DNA of 64,000 bases from Octopus bimaculoides (taxonomy: Eukaryota), in assembly GCF_001194135.2 (NCBI RefSeq), contig NC_069001.1, forward strand, positions 15,901,653-15,965,652. Direction: 5' to 3'. Under the pieces are notes generated by a model. The model was given only the letters and a program-made list of their open reading frames with translations, searched no databases and was not told the origin of the DNA. How positions within the stretch are numbered: the stretch's first letter is position 1; each line of letters opens with the position of its first letter. Of this stretch, positions 13,711 through 27,407 are shown in pieces. A program made the translations under genes and the position numbers.

Positions 13711-16700
13711 AAAATAATAATAATAATAAATGTTTTGTCTTCTTTTACATCCTCTTCTGTTTTTATAAGGGGTTATTCACAATGTTAGACATATGGACTA
13801 ATTAACTTTCAGTACTAACCCTTTCTGTGAAGGAATCAAGTTTAATTGGTTCTGTGCATTTGGCACTTGAGACACAGGAGCCAAGTCAACTCATTGTTTA
13901 TAGTTGGGTACTTTCTGGGATTCTCTACATTTCATATGATGTAGTTTACACATTTTGTTTTTACTGGTCATAAAGTTAAGATTTCTGTGGGTAATACAGA
14001 GAAGCCATACTCACAGACATGTATCAATAGATTTGAGTGTGTATGCTATGTTGTGTGTGTTTGTGAAGAGATGATGTTAATGTAGTAATTTTTAAAGTTT
14101 GTAATGTATTCACTAAGAAAATAGAGGGAAGAAACGATGTTTTGTTTCAATAGTTAGTTACAAGAAATCAATTATAAAAATGAAAAGTGGGTGGCAGCAA
14201 AATATTACAAAATTAAATGGTGGACTTCAAAGTAGTTAAAGCTATATTAAGTGTGTAAATATTGGGTTGAAAAACCCTTTGGATAGAAATGAAAATCAAA
14301 AGCTGCTTCTGGGACTTGAACCCTCATCTTCTGTAAACAAATGGATGTTCTACTATTGTACCAAAACAAAACTGACATTCTCACTTCATTTTAGAAGCTT
14401 GGTTCCACTCAGTGAGGACTGTATGTTAACTCAATATTTACATGCTAATATTCATAGCCATTATCTAAGGTGGTGAGTTGGTAGAATTGTTAGCACATTG
14501 GGCAAAATGCTTAGTGGCATTTCGTCTGTCTTTATGGTCTGAGTGCAAATTCCACACTGCCTTTGTCTTTCATCCATTAGAGGTTGATAAAATAAGTACC
14601 AGCTGAGCACTGGGGTCGATGTAATCACCTTAGCCTCCTTCCCTGAAATTGTTGGTCTTGTGGCAAACATTTGAAATCAACATTTATAGGTTTTATATAC
14701 TTTGAGTTCCGTTGTTAAAAATAAATTATTTCACATCTCACAAAGTTTCTAAATTCTAATTACATAAATAATATATTTTCTATTATAATTACATCCGTGT
14801 GTATACTTGGAAAGCCAACATAAAATAGATGGATGAAAATATAGAAGTATAAAGACAGGCAAACAATAACAGGTGTTAGGAATGTATTTATTTAAAAAGT
14901 TGTCTTACACCTGTTATTATTTATCAGTCTTTCTACCTTCATACCTGCCTGATTTTTTTGTTCTTTTAGCTGACTTTTCTGCCTCTAGACTACCTAACCT
15001 TGATGAAGAAGTTAGAGTTTAACCCATTAGCATTCAGATTCCTCTGTCAAATGTAATGCTTATTTATACACTTTGTTTTGTATTAATCATAGATTATCTC
15101 ACAGCTTTGAGATTTTGATGATGTAATTGTTTATATTTAGAAAGACATTGTAAAGTAGATATGAAATGCCAGATCTAGCCAGTTAGAACATTAAACAGGT
15201 AGAATGTCTGAGCCAGATGTGGTTAGTTTAAGTGCTATAGAAGTTAAGGTTCTGCTCTTTCTCAGCACTACTTGGTGATTATCTGTACCATGCTTAAACA
15301 ACAATTGTAATGAGTATTTGAAGAAACCTAAAAGCTAATTGGTATTTTAAAATCATCTCATCAATTCACAATAAATAAATCATCCAGATTGCTTGATTAT
15401 CAAGCTATGATGACTGAACTGTTTTGGCTTTCCAAACATTTAGCTGTATGAATATTAACGATTTTTCAAAAAAGGGGGGACCCAACCCTTTCAATAGCAA
15501 TCTCCATAAAATCACTGTCCCAATAAAAGTGTTTAAATTTAAATCCAAAATCTTGGCATAAAGATTGTCATTATTCTATGAAAGAGATAAGATTTCAATA
15601 TGACAGTTTTTTTTCTTCTTATGATGAAAGTTAGAGTTATTTGACGAAAACCCTCTCGCAATTTTGGATTATTCTAAAAATTACAAAATTAAAGAGTAAA
15701 ATAAATTTATGAATATGGTTTAAAAATAATATACATAGAAATAGGTGCAGCCATGGCCGTGTGGTTAAGAAGATTGCTTTGCAACCATATAGTCTCAGGT
15801 TCAGTCTCACTACATAGCACCTTGGGTGTCTTTTGTTATAATCCCATGTTGACCAAAGCCTTGTGAGTGGATCTGGTAAAAAGAAACTGAAAGAATCCTG
15901 TTGTGTAGGTGTGTGTGTACCTTTGTCTAGACAATTATTATACAAGCGAAGTTATAATTTCCAGTCTTCCATGGAAAACATATCTGGCTATGAGACAGTA
16001 TTACCTTGATTGTAAACAGGTGAGAGTTGGTGATAGGAATGGTATCCAACCATAGAAAATTTGCCTCACCAAATTCTGCCTGACTTGTGCAAACATGGAA
16101 AAGTGGACATTAAATTATGATGAAAATATTTTCTATTTGTCAAAGCTACTTACTTTAATAAAAGGTAAGTGATCTTTGAAACAAAAACCAAAGTGTGTCA
16201 AAGGCAGTGGTTCTGAACCAGGATCCATATATAAAATTTTTGGGGATCCATATAAGAAAAATAGTAAATTAGGTCCACAAGATTATTTTATGGGTCCATG
16301 AGAAAATTTTTGCTCTAGATGTATTTATTGTAAGAATAATCTAGGTTTCTTTCTCTGTTTTACACAGTTCAGCCTACATAAGTGAATGTGTGAAAAAACA
16401 AAATAGGAATTTTGAAAGAAGTATCAATGAAATTAGTTTTTAAACACTGAATGGCTATAGGGATCCACAAGAATAAAATTGGAATGAAAGAGGTCCACAG
16501 ATAAAAAAAATGGCTGAGAACCACTTGTCTAAGGCTAAAGAAAGATGACTGGTCAAAAGTAAAACATAAAAATATTCTAATAAAAATTAATGAATCACTC
16601 TCCCACCTCAACTATAAAGTAATTGATCGGTAATATTGAGGAGTTTAAAAGGAAAAAAAATTAAACAGAAAATGAGGGGGAGGACACATCCTTGGCATTA

Positions 16701-17041
16701 CTGATTCAATACTGACTTGATATCAGACGTTTTAATGTTTTTCTTATTCTCTTCCTCTCTCTCTTTTTATGAGTGAGGATCTAGTTAGGGTTGTATGACT
16801 GTGTAATCTTTCTCTTGTTTTCTCACTTCCTGTGTGTGTATTTGTGTGTACCCCCAGCACCAGAAAGTGTTGTCACCAAAACAGTGAGACATGCCAAATC
16901 TTCAGCTGTCCAAACAACTGCATCTAATAATCTCATTCCATGCTCTATCAGAAGTTAAAGAAACTCATACTTCTTAAAAATGGAATTTTTTTAAAACATT
17001 TTTATTATTAATAGTTTCAAATATTCAAAATGTCTTTCTAC

Positions 17042-17072
<31 letters not shown>

Positions 17073-17797
17073 AATTAATGAAAGAATTGGTAAAAATAAA
17101 ATTTTTTTCATCAATTTTTATCAAATATTGAAGCACATCAGACATAAAAAGAAAATTAAATAAAATAAATTCAAATAGAGAAATATAATTATTTACAATA
17201 AAACTTAAAAACATTGTTGTCTTTTTTACTTAATCTGGAGATTCAATTAGGAAGAAAATCTTTTTTTTTCTTATTTTCTTGGCTTTGTAACATGTTTAAA
17301 GGAAAGAAGGGTNNNNNNNNNNNNNNNNNNNNNNNNNNNNNNNNNNNNNNNNNNNNNNNNNNNNNNNNNNNNNNNNNNNNNNNNNNNNNNNNNNNNNNNN
17401 NNNNNNNNNNNNNNNNNNNNNNNNNNNNNNNNNNNNNNNNNNNNNNNNNNNNNNNNNNNNNNNNNNNNNNNNNNNNNNNNNNNNNNNNNNNNNNNNNNNN
17501 NNNNNNNNNNNNNNNNNNNNNNNNNNNNNNNNNNNNNNNNNNNNNATCAAAGATTAATATAATGGAAAAAAAAAATTCTTTTTATTCCTCTCAAAATCGA
17601 TATTTATACATTTATACACATGATATTTACATATTAGGTGCAGATGTGGCTGTGTGGTTAAGTTTAGTTTCAAACCACATAGTTTTGGGTTCAGTCCCAC
17701 TGTGTGGCACTTTGGGCAAGTATCTTCTATAGCTCCAGACTAAGTAAAGCCTTGTGATTAGATTTGGTAGATGGAAACTGAGAGAAGCTCATTGTAC

Positions 17798-17852
<55 letters not shown>

Positions 17853-20244
17853 ACTTGCCAGAGGCGCCAAGTAAGTATATAGTAGAAGACAACTTGTGTG
17901 GAACCTTGGACAACTGTCTTCTACAATAGTCTTGGGCTGACCAAAGCCTTGTTAGTGAATTTGGGAGGCAGAAGTCCCATCATGTGTATATGTATGTGTG
18001 TGAAAGTGCTTGCACTTCCTTTGATAGATAGGAGGGAATGTGTGCATGTGTGTGTATGTGAGTGAGAGAGAGTGTATATTTGTGTCTCCTTGTCTTGGCA
18101 TGTCTGGCAAAGGGAAAATATAATCCTGCTTGGAAGCAGATGAGAACTGGCAATAAGAAAGGCATCCAGCTATAGAAAATCTGCCTCAATAAACTCTGAG
18201 CCATGCAAACATGCAAACGCGAATGTCAAAATGACGACAATAACACATGGCCAAATAAAGCAAAGTTGTGAACTCTCTTAAAACAGTACAGTTGCCAGCT
18301 ATTGTCATTCATGAGTGAGTAGAGCTTTGTAATATATAGTATGTTTTTGTTAATTGTTTTAAGTGCCTATGTAGTCAGGAGTAGCAGACATGGACAGCTT
18401 CTTGACTTTTCTGTCCATCGACTAAGTAGAACCTTGAAGATGTGACAGCTGGAGGTATGAGGGCAGTACCAGTACCCAGGTGGTACTCATGACAGCTGAG
18501 TAGACTGGGGCAACATGAAATGAAGTACATTACTCAAGAACACACAACACAATGGCCTGGTCCAGGAAATGAACCCATGACATTATGATAGGGAACTGAA
18601 CCATCTAACCATTAGGCTACAGATTTTATAAATGTAAAAACAAGAATGAATTAAAAACAAAAATCAATCAATAAATAAACATAAATAAATATGGAATGCA
18701 TTTGTTGTAAACTAACTCATCATCAACAGTGCTGAAAATATATTTCAGCATTTCTTTCAATCAATCAAATTTCAAATAAATTGAACTTTCAAAAAATAAG
18801 AGAAAACTTGCACTTGCAAACTGTTACTAAGCATATTTAAAATTACAATAGTTATTGTTTCAAATCATATAATCCCCACTGTTTAAAAACAAAACTGTAT
18901 CAACCTGACTATCAAATGTTGTTATACACTGCTGATCACAATGTGCTTCTTCATTTTGTTGTAGCTTTTGAATTATGCTACCCCACTGGCTAGATGGACA
19001 GGCCGACATTCCCTCTGAACAGGACAACAGTCTCAGGGTTACCCATTTGTAGCTGAGTGAACTGGAGCAACATGAAATGTTTTTCTCAAGGACACAACTC
19101 ACCACCAGTCTGGAAATTGAAACCATGATCTAGTGATTGAGAGAGGAGCACCCTCACTACTATATCAACATGCCTTCACACACATACACACAAACACATA
19201 TATGAATGATGAAAATTTTTCTTAAATTAAAAATTACAAATTATATAAAATAACATTTCTTTTTTTAATGTGAAAAAGCAGATTAACACAGACATGCAAA
19301 CCTGAAGACAAGAAATCTTTTTCCATGAAAAAACTTTTTTTTAAAACAATAATTTTTAATTTAAGAAAATCTTTTTTTCAAATATTGTAATTGTATTGAG
19401 AAATTTTTCTAAAAATGTATGTGTGTGTAATAAGAAATTTGCTCCCCAACCATCTGGTTCTGGGTTCAGTCCCACTTGGCACCTTGGGTAAAGTATCTTC
19501 TACTATAGCCTTGGCTCAAAACCGAAAGACTGGGGCAAGTTATTACATCATATTTTGTATGTGAAAGAATTCCAAATCTGCAAACAGGAAGTTTTCAATC
19601 ATTTTCTGACAGCAATGAGACTTTGTTGTCTATTTGGAGAATGGAAGGACAAAATATTGTTTGTAACATTAGGCACAGGTGTAGCTATGTGGTAAGAAGC
19701 TTGCTTCCCAACCACATGGTTTTGGGTTCAGTTCCACTATGTGGCATCTGGGGCAAGTATCTTCTACTATAGCCTCGGGCTGACCAAAGCCTTTTGAGTG
19801 ATTTTGCAGACGGAGACTGAAAGAAGTCCGTCATATACATATACATGTATATATTTATATGTGTGTGTCTTTGTGTCTGTGTTTGTCCCCCCACCATTGC
19901 TTGACAACTGATGCTGGTGTGTTTATGTCCCCATAACTTAGCAGTTCGGCAAAAAAGACCGATAGGATAAATACTAGGCTTACACAGAATAAGTCCTGGG
20001 GTCAATTTCTTTGACTAAAACCCTTTAAAGTGGTGCTCCAGCATGGTCGCAGTCAAATAATTGAGTGAAAAACCATCTTGGTTATAATGGTATTAAATAT
20101 AACTACACTAAATAAGAATATAACATAAGTGGGATGGGGAGAAAACTGTGTTGGAAACAAAAGATCAGACCTACATTAAGGGCTAAGTCCTGTATTAGAA
20201 CAAAACTTGATGCAGAATGTTGAGTAAGTTTATCTATTAAGAAT

Positions 20245-20511
20245 TTAACCCATTACCTACCAGTGATCTCATATGAGAACACTTAAAAATTACAAATTTC
20301 GTAATTATCTGTCAAAATTTACACATATCTAACCTTTTTGCTATATCTACTAGGTATATTTCTCTGATATTCAAATGAGGTTTGCTAATTTTTCACCCAA
20401 TATCTCGCTTATTTCTATTTAAAATGTTATTTTGAAATGTTATTTTGATCATTTCATCAAAGTTTCATAAAAAAATTCCAGTTAATAGAATTGTGGGAGG
20501 TAATGGGTTAA
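20245..20511. mobile_element. Second piggyBac-like MITE
   Basis: TTAA-cccattacctacca ... tgggaggtaatggg-TTAA, 13 of 14 TIR bases matching. Confidence 0.75.
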
Positions 20512-20622
20512 CAGGTGGCTTTATCAGTTTTACAGGGTGCTGAGATAGACATAGACATAGATATAGATGGACAGATAAAGATACATAGACTGAAAGACAG
20601 TTAGATAAACAGACAATGATAG

Positions 20623-20661
<39 letters not shown>

Positions 20662-20667
<6 letters not shown>

Positions 20668-20868
20668 GGAGAATGTACGAAAAAAAACAACAACAGACGA
20701 GGACAGGTGGTGTAAACAACAAAAGGATGTATTAGTATGACACTCAGGAATACAGAAAGTCTTTAACGTTTCGAGCTACGCTCTTCAACAGAAAGAATAC
20801 GGAGAAAACAAGGAGAAAAACACGGAGAAAAAAAATTGAATGGTGTTTGGTCAACGCTCTATCATGGC
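20662..20868 (-). mobile_element. Penelope/retrozyme-like short element next to (TA)n, carrying a hammerhead fold
   Basis: Contains the fold at 20760-20796. CpG-rich and abuts a TA microsatellite. The PLE assignment is inferred from the ribozyme type. Confidence 0.5.
20760..20796 (-). ncRNA. Minimal type I hammerhead-like motif with CUGUUGA core
   Basis: UCUUU-CUGUUGA-A-GAGC(GUA)GCUC-GAAA-CG-U-U-AAAGA: 5-bp stem I, 4-bp stem II, palindromic ACGU stem III. Confidence 0.6.
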
Positions 20869-21227
20869 TTATATATTTTGCTTAGGCATTGCAAGACTAA
20901 TAACCTGGTTTAGAACTCAATATACATATGTTTTAAAACAAAGTGTTAGATGAGTATAGAGCAGTAATAAGAAAAAGATGAGATAGGAAAAACAAAGGTT
21001 ATATAATGAACATGTTATGAAGTTCATAACATAAACATTGTTTTTCCAGTGTCATCTCTGTTTCTTCTCTGAGTGGTTGGCGTTAGGAAGGGCATCCAGC
21101 TGTAGAAACTCTGCCAAATTAGATTGGAGCCTGGTGTTGCCATCCGGTTTCACCAGTCCTCAGTCAAATCGTCCAACCCATGCTAGCATGGAAAGCGGAC
21201 GGTAAACGATGATGATGATGATGATGA

Positions 21228-21261
<34 letters not shown>

Positions 21262-21406
21262 TTAGGGAAAAGAACCAAGGTTCATGAACTCATCAAAGAA
21301 AATCCACAGTCACACATACTGTGAAACTTAATTTAATTTTAAGTTTTAATAAATTGATTTTAATTAAGTTTTTACCTGTAATTTTGGATTTTATCCCTAA
21401 TATTAT

Positions 21407-21455
<49 letters not shown>

Positions 21456-21761
21456 ACCATGGGTAGAGGCATGGCTGCATGGTTTGCAATCCACTACACA
21501 GAACTTTGGGAAAGTCTTCCATGATAAACTTAGGTTAAGCAATAGCTTCTATGTGGAAGATGGTAGTTATAAATTGTACAAACAACTTTGCTGGTGTGTA
21601 TGTGTGTTTGTGTATATATAGGGATGGTGTTTTTATATATGAGTGTAAAGTTCTTGTGGGAGGTGACTCCTTAAAGGGAAATATTTCAATAAGTGAACTC
21701 AGCCATTTGATAAATAGGAAAATGAATAAAATGAGTACCAGACTAAGTGCCAAGGTTGATT

Positions 21762-21767
21762 TTTATT
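21762..21767 (-). promoter_or_regulatory. Candidate polyadenylation signal AATAAA about 270 nt past the katanin stop
   Basis: tttatt on the plus strand. The region is AT-rich and overlaps a decayed SINE tail, so support is weak. Confidence 0.3.
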
Positions 21768-22035
21768 GAAATAACAACAACCGGTGCCCCAGTATGGCAG
21801 CAATCTAATGGCTGAAACCAATGAAGGAATAAAATAGCATAAAACAAGGAGATATGTATAATTATTGAATTGTTGAGAAATGGCAAGGTTTCTTTAGAAT
21901 TTAAACAACGGAAATGAACAGAGACAGAGAATGGAATAAACCACCATCCTGAGAAGAATTGTCTTGTAGAAAATAAAAAATGAAAAAAATAAAAAAAGCA
22001 GCACAGATGATAATGATGATGATTATGATGGTGGC

Positions 22036-22234
22036 TTATACAGAGCCATATTCCTTCATCCAGTTTTCATATCGCTTCAGATCATCTTGAGAAACACTTT
22101 TGCTAACTTTTTTAATAGCTTCTTCAAAGTCTGCCATACTTGATGGTAGTTCCAGTTCTTCTTTTGGAATGTTCCGGATCTGCTCCGAAGTCAAGCCAGC
22201 AATGCGGCGTCTGAAGGACATCATAGCAGCATCT
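22036..22234 (-). CDS. KATNA1: Katanin p60 terminal exon, Vps4_C-like region (DAAMMSFRRRIAGLTSEQIRNIPKEELELP...RYENWMKEYGSV*)
   Basis: 199 nt, ctatag acceptor, TAA at 22038-22036. The ten exons sum to 1419 nt, i.e. 472 aa plus stop. Confidence 0.96.
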
Positions 22235-22490
22235 CTATAGATAAAAATAAATAAAAAAAAAGGTTGTGAAAGTTAAAATGATTTAGGACTTAGGTCTGTC
22301 ATGAGCCCTAGGACTTTTAATCCTACAGTGGCTAAATTAATAATATGAGGTAAAGTAAACTATTTGTAGAGTGGTTGGCATTAGGAAGGACCTTAAGCCA
22401 TAGAAACCATGCTAAAGGAGACAATAGATCTTGGTGCCGTCCTCTAGTTTGCTAGCTCCTACCAAACCATCTAATCCATGCAAGTATGGA

Positions 22491-23080
22491 AAAGAGACGT
22501 TAAATAAAGATGATGAAAATAGGGGGCTTATAGAGGTAGTCTGAGAATTAGGTTGTTTCTTCATATTGCTGCACAAAGCAATGAAGGGGTGTTGCTTAGA
22601 AGTAAAGGGCAATTTTTGTAATATGCTGAAGTTATCTGTTAGAATTGGTAGTAGACAGTTGGTTATGCCAGCCAGCTCTGTAGCTGTATTTTGTTGTCTA
22701 CCATGGATCACTAATCCATCATAAAGCCCAGTTCCTGCTACGGTATGGTATTGGCCCTACTTAAACCCATTTTTTCTCCTGAGAGGAGATGGTCCATACT
22801 AGTCTGGCCTTTTTCCTTTGACCCATCCAGCATGGAAGGCCCTACCAGGGGTTTGCACTCCACTGGCAAAGCTCTCTGGGCCATTGAGGCAAATGCACCA
22901 CCAGTTAAGTCATCTTCCAAACACAAAGAGACGTTAAATAAAGATGATGAAAATAGGGGGCTTAGAGAGGTAGTCTGAGAATTAGGTTGTTTCTTCATAT
23001 TGCTGCACAAAGCAATGAAGGGGTGTTGCTTAGAAGTAAAGGGCAATTTACCACCAGTTAAGTCATCTTCCAAACACAAA
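22491..23080 (+). repeat. 125-bp local duplication (22491-22615 copied at 22925-23049) bracketed by a 31-bp direct repeat
   Basis: The copies differ at one base. accaccagttaagtcatcttccaaacacaaa occurs at 22897-22927 and 23050-23080. Confidence 0.92.
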
Positions 23081-23434
23081 ACATCAGTGACATATTAAAG
23101 GCACCTGTGCCAGGAACATGTGGAAGGCTCCTGGTACACTCTGTAACGGGGTTGGCATTAGGAAGGGCATTCAGCTGTAGAAACCAGGCCAAAACAAGTT
23201 GGAGCCGGGTGCAGTTCTCCAGCTTACCAGTTCGAGCGAAACTGTCCAACCCATGCCAGCATGGAAAACAGATGCTAAATGATGATGGTGTAGCAAGTAG
23301 CTTGCCTACCAACCACATGGTTCCGGGTTCAGTCCCACTGCGTGGCACCTTGGGCAAGTGTCTTCTACTATAGCCTCGGGCCGACCAAAGCCTTGTGAGT
23401 GGATTTGGTAGACGGAAACTGAAAGAAGCCCATC

Positions 23435-23468
<34 letters not shown>

Positions 23469-23688
23469 TTGTGTGTCTGTCTTTGTCCCCTCACCATCGC
23501 TTGACAACTGATGCTGGTGTGTTTACGTCCCCGTAACTTAGCGGTTCAGCAAAAGAAACCGATAGAATAAGTACTAGGCTTACAAAGAATAAGTCCTGGG
23601 GTCGATTTGTTCGACTAAAGGTGGTGCTCCAGCATGGCCGCAGTCAAATGACTGAAACAAGTAAAAGAGTAAAAGAGATGTAATTTTA

Positions 23689-23835
<147 letters not shown>

Positions 23836-24029
23836 ANNNNNNNNNNNNNNNNNNNNNNNNNNNNNNNNNNNNNNNNNNNNNNNNNNNNNNNNNNNNNNNN
23901 NNNNNNNNNNNNNNNNNNNNNNNNNNNNNNNNNNNNNNNNNNNNNNNNNNNNNNNNNNNNNNNNNNNNNNNNNNNNNNNNNNNNNNNNNNNNNNNNNNNN
24001 NNNNNNTATGCACTATAGTTTATATGTAA

Positions 24030-24352
24030 TAATAGCATGTGTAAGGACTTTTGAGCGAGATCGTTGCCAGTGCCCCTGGACTGGCTCTTGTGCGGGTGGC
24101 ACATAAAATACACCATTTTGAGCGTGGCCATTGCCAGTACTGCCTGACTGGCCTTCGTGCCGGTGGCACATAAAAGCACCCACTACACTCTTGGAGTGGT
24201 TAGCGTTAGGAAGGGCATCCAGCTGTAGAAACTCTGCCAAATCAGATTGGAGCCTGGTGTAGCCATCTGGTTTCACCAGTCCTCAGTCAAATCGTCCAAC
24301 CCATGCTAGCATGGAAAGCGGACGTTAAATGACGATGATGATGATGATGATG
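24030..24352 (+). mobile_element. Short RTE 3'-end element (ggaagggcatccagctgtagaaac...(GAT)n)
   Basis: Nearly identical to the 3' UTR at 41087-41380. Many shorter copies occur, e.g. 21070-21230, 38030-38195, 43000-43600, 43850-44070. Confidence 0.8.
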
Positions 24353-25256
24353 AATAACTACTGCAGTAGTGCTTTAGAATGGATGTGTATTTTCTATTAA
24401 AAATTATTTAATCCAACAGGGTATATAAAGGAATTTCTTAAGCCCTTCCACAGACTTCTCTAGTGCCAATGGCAGTATAAAATATATCCAACAACATTGT
24501 AAAGTGGCTGGCGATAGAAAGGGTATCCAGCTGTAAAAACTATGGCACAACTATGAAGACTAATGACTTTCTCTGTTACTGTGTTTGCTTGGTGATGAAG
24601 TACTACAAATGGTAAGATGCTCTGAGATCCATCTAACCCATACAGGCAAGGAAATATATAAAAAAAAAAAGTGAGTGGGGATATAAATGATGACGATATT
24701 GGAACTGTGCTACCTTTGCAGGCCTTCCTAAACTAGTGAGGGCAGTATAGAGAGAATAGTAGATTCCATCAAACACCAAGAAATAAAAGATAACAGGAGA
24801 TTCAGAGGAATGCAGTATTAGTAGCCAAGTCTATAAAAGTACAATGAAAAGTTTGGATATTTAACAAAAAGTTGAACATAATAGTATGTATAAATGTATT
24901 TAATACTTAAGATAAGATGAATATAACAATATGTATAATGTATTTTCTGGAATACAAATTGAATTTCTCAGATCAAAATTTACAGCCAAAAAAAATGTAG
25001 GTTGACTTATGTACCAAGGCAACTTTGCATTCAGAGTTCAAATCCTGGTGTGGCCTATTTGGATGGAAGACTCGTGTCATTGCTCAGTTTAACACCACAA
25101 CTTGGCCCCTGGGTACCTTCACTTCCCTCCCTACCTCACACTAGTCTCAGAAACCCTATAAAGGTTCATGGACACCACCTTCTTACTTGATGAAATACAA
25201 AAAAAAAAAAAGAGAGAGAGAGAGAACCAAAATAAAAGAAAATAAAACGATTTTTA

Positions 25257-25481
<225 letters not shown>

Positions 25482-26861
25482 TTATATGAAATTTTGAAAA
25501 CAAAAGCTCTGCTAAAAAAATATATTTAACATTCAAACTCAGAGTAGTGGCAGAAAAGTTTTACGTAAAGATGCAGGTATGGCTGCATTGTTAAGATGCA
25601 CACTTTGCGACTATGTGGTTTGGAGCTCAGTCTTGCTGCATGACACCTTGGCCAAAGTGTCTTCTGCTTCAGCCCTGGATCAACAAATGCCTTGTGAATG
25701 AATTTGGTAGATAGAAACTGTACAAGGATTGTGGTATGTATGACATCATTCATCATCATTTAATGCCCGTTTTCCATGCTTGCATGGGTTGGACAGTTTG
25801 ACAGGAGCTGGTAAGGTCAGGGGTTGCAGCAGGCTCCATTGTCAGGTTTGGGTTAATTTCTACAGCTGGATGCCCTTCTTAATGCCAACCACTTTATAAA
25901 GTGAACTGGTGCTTTTTACATGACACCATATATATATATATATATATATATCTCAGCATCATTTAGTTTCATGCTGGGTTGAGCAGTTTGACAGAATCTG
26001 ATAGGCCCAGTGTCTGCATTGTATTCCAGTGTTTGTTTTTGGCATGGTTTCTATAGCTTGATTCCCTTCTTAATGCTAATCACTTTACAATATGCAGCTC
26101 ACAAGATTATGAAATTTGAGGGATTGGCCGGGGATTTTATGTAAGGAAATGGGAAGGAGACAAGCAGGTTCTTGTTGTATAGAAGCTACATGACTACTCA
26201 CATTTAGAAGAAAGGTTAAGAATGCTCAATAGGAGCTGCAAGTCCACATGGATCCCCAAAGTGAACAGAAGTGAATGAGGTCAAGGAACTAGGAGTATGG
26301 ATGGATGGGAGTTTGCAAGAGTGTACGGGGGAGGAGAGGTAGGTAGCAAACTCTGTGTGTGTGTGAATATTTATCTTTATGTATTTGTATGAATATTTAT
26401 GTTTATCACACACAAAGACAAAGGATTAAACAGAAGAGGAGACACATGGGATGGAGAGTCATTGAAGAGGTCATAAGACATGTGACAAAAGATTTCGGAC
26501 AAAGGACACTAAAATAAGAATAATAAATAAAGCTGAAGTGTAGAATAAATATATAGTGCATGGGGATAAATGGCAAAAAAAAAATTTTTTAAATGGCCAA
26601 CTTGAAATATAGAAATTTGAATATTTACATTCTGTACTATTTCCCCAAAATTGCGAGGCTATAGGTCCTGTCCATGTAAATATGGACAGTGGCACCACTT
26701 AATAAATCATCTTGTAGCTCACCAGCTACAAACCCTGTAGTAGCTCTGTGCTTTCAAAGATAAGAAAATGAAAAGCTCCTTTACTTGAAAAACAAAGAAG
26801 GGTTAACAACAAGAAGGTATATTTGGCCATAAAAATAATGCCTTAATAATGAGTATATGTC

Positions 26862-27172
26862 TGTAGCAAACTCATAAGAGCGCACAACAATTCAATATTG
26901 TTGGATTTGAGTATTGAACATGGCATGAATATTAGCCAATACTCAAAAGGGTGAGTGTTGTGGATTTGAGTGACATCCAACGATCACTGGAGAGTTTGCT
27001 GAAAATCAGGGTTTATATAACTGTTCCTACACAAATCTACGTGAAAGACTTCTTCAACGAAGTTCAGAATTTGTATATAGACAGTAATTTTCAACCAATG
27101 AGAAATCCAGAATTTCTCATGTTCGGGCAAACGAACTTACATTCTCTCTCCGCCTCTTATGAGTTTGCTACA
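26862..27172. mobile_element. MITE with perfect 19-bp TIRs and TGT...ACA termini
   Basis: tgtagcaaactcataagag at 26862-26880 and its exact reverse complement at 27154-27172. Flanks tgtc/cgtc may be a mutated 4-bp TSD. Confidence 0.7.
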
Positions 27173-27188
27173 CGTCTAACCCATGCTA

Positions 27189-27407
<219 letters not shown>

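Noticed and set aside
22412-23079. Paralogous-looking ORFs sharing KLPFTSKQHPFIALCSNMKKQPNSQTTS
   Set aside because: The shared peptide is only the translation of the 125-bp intronic duplication.
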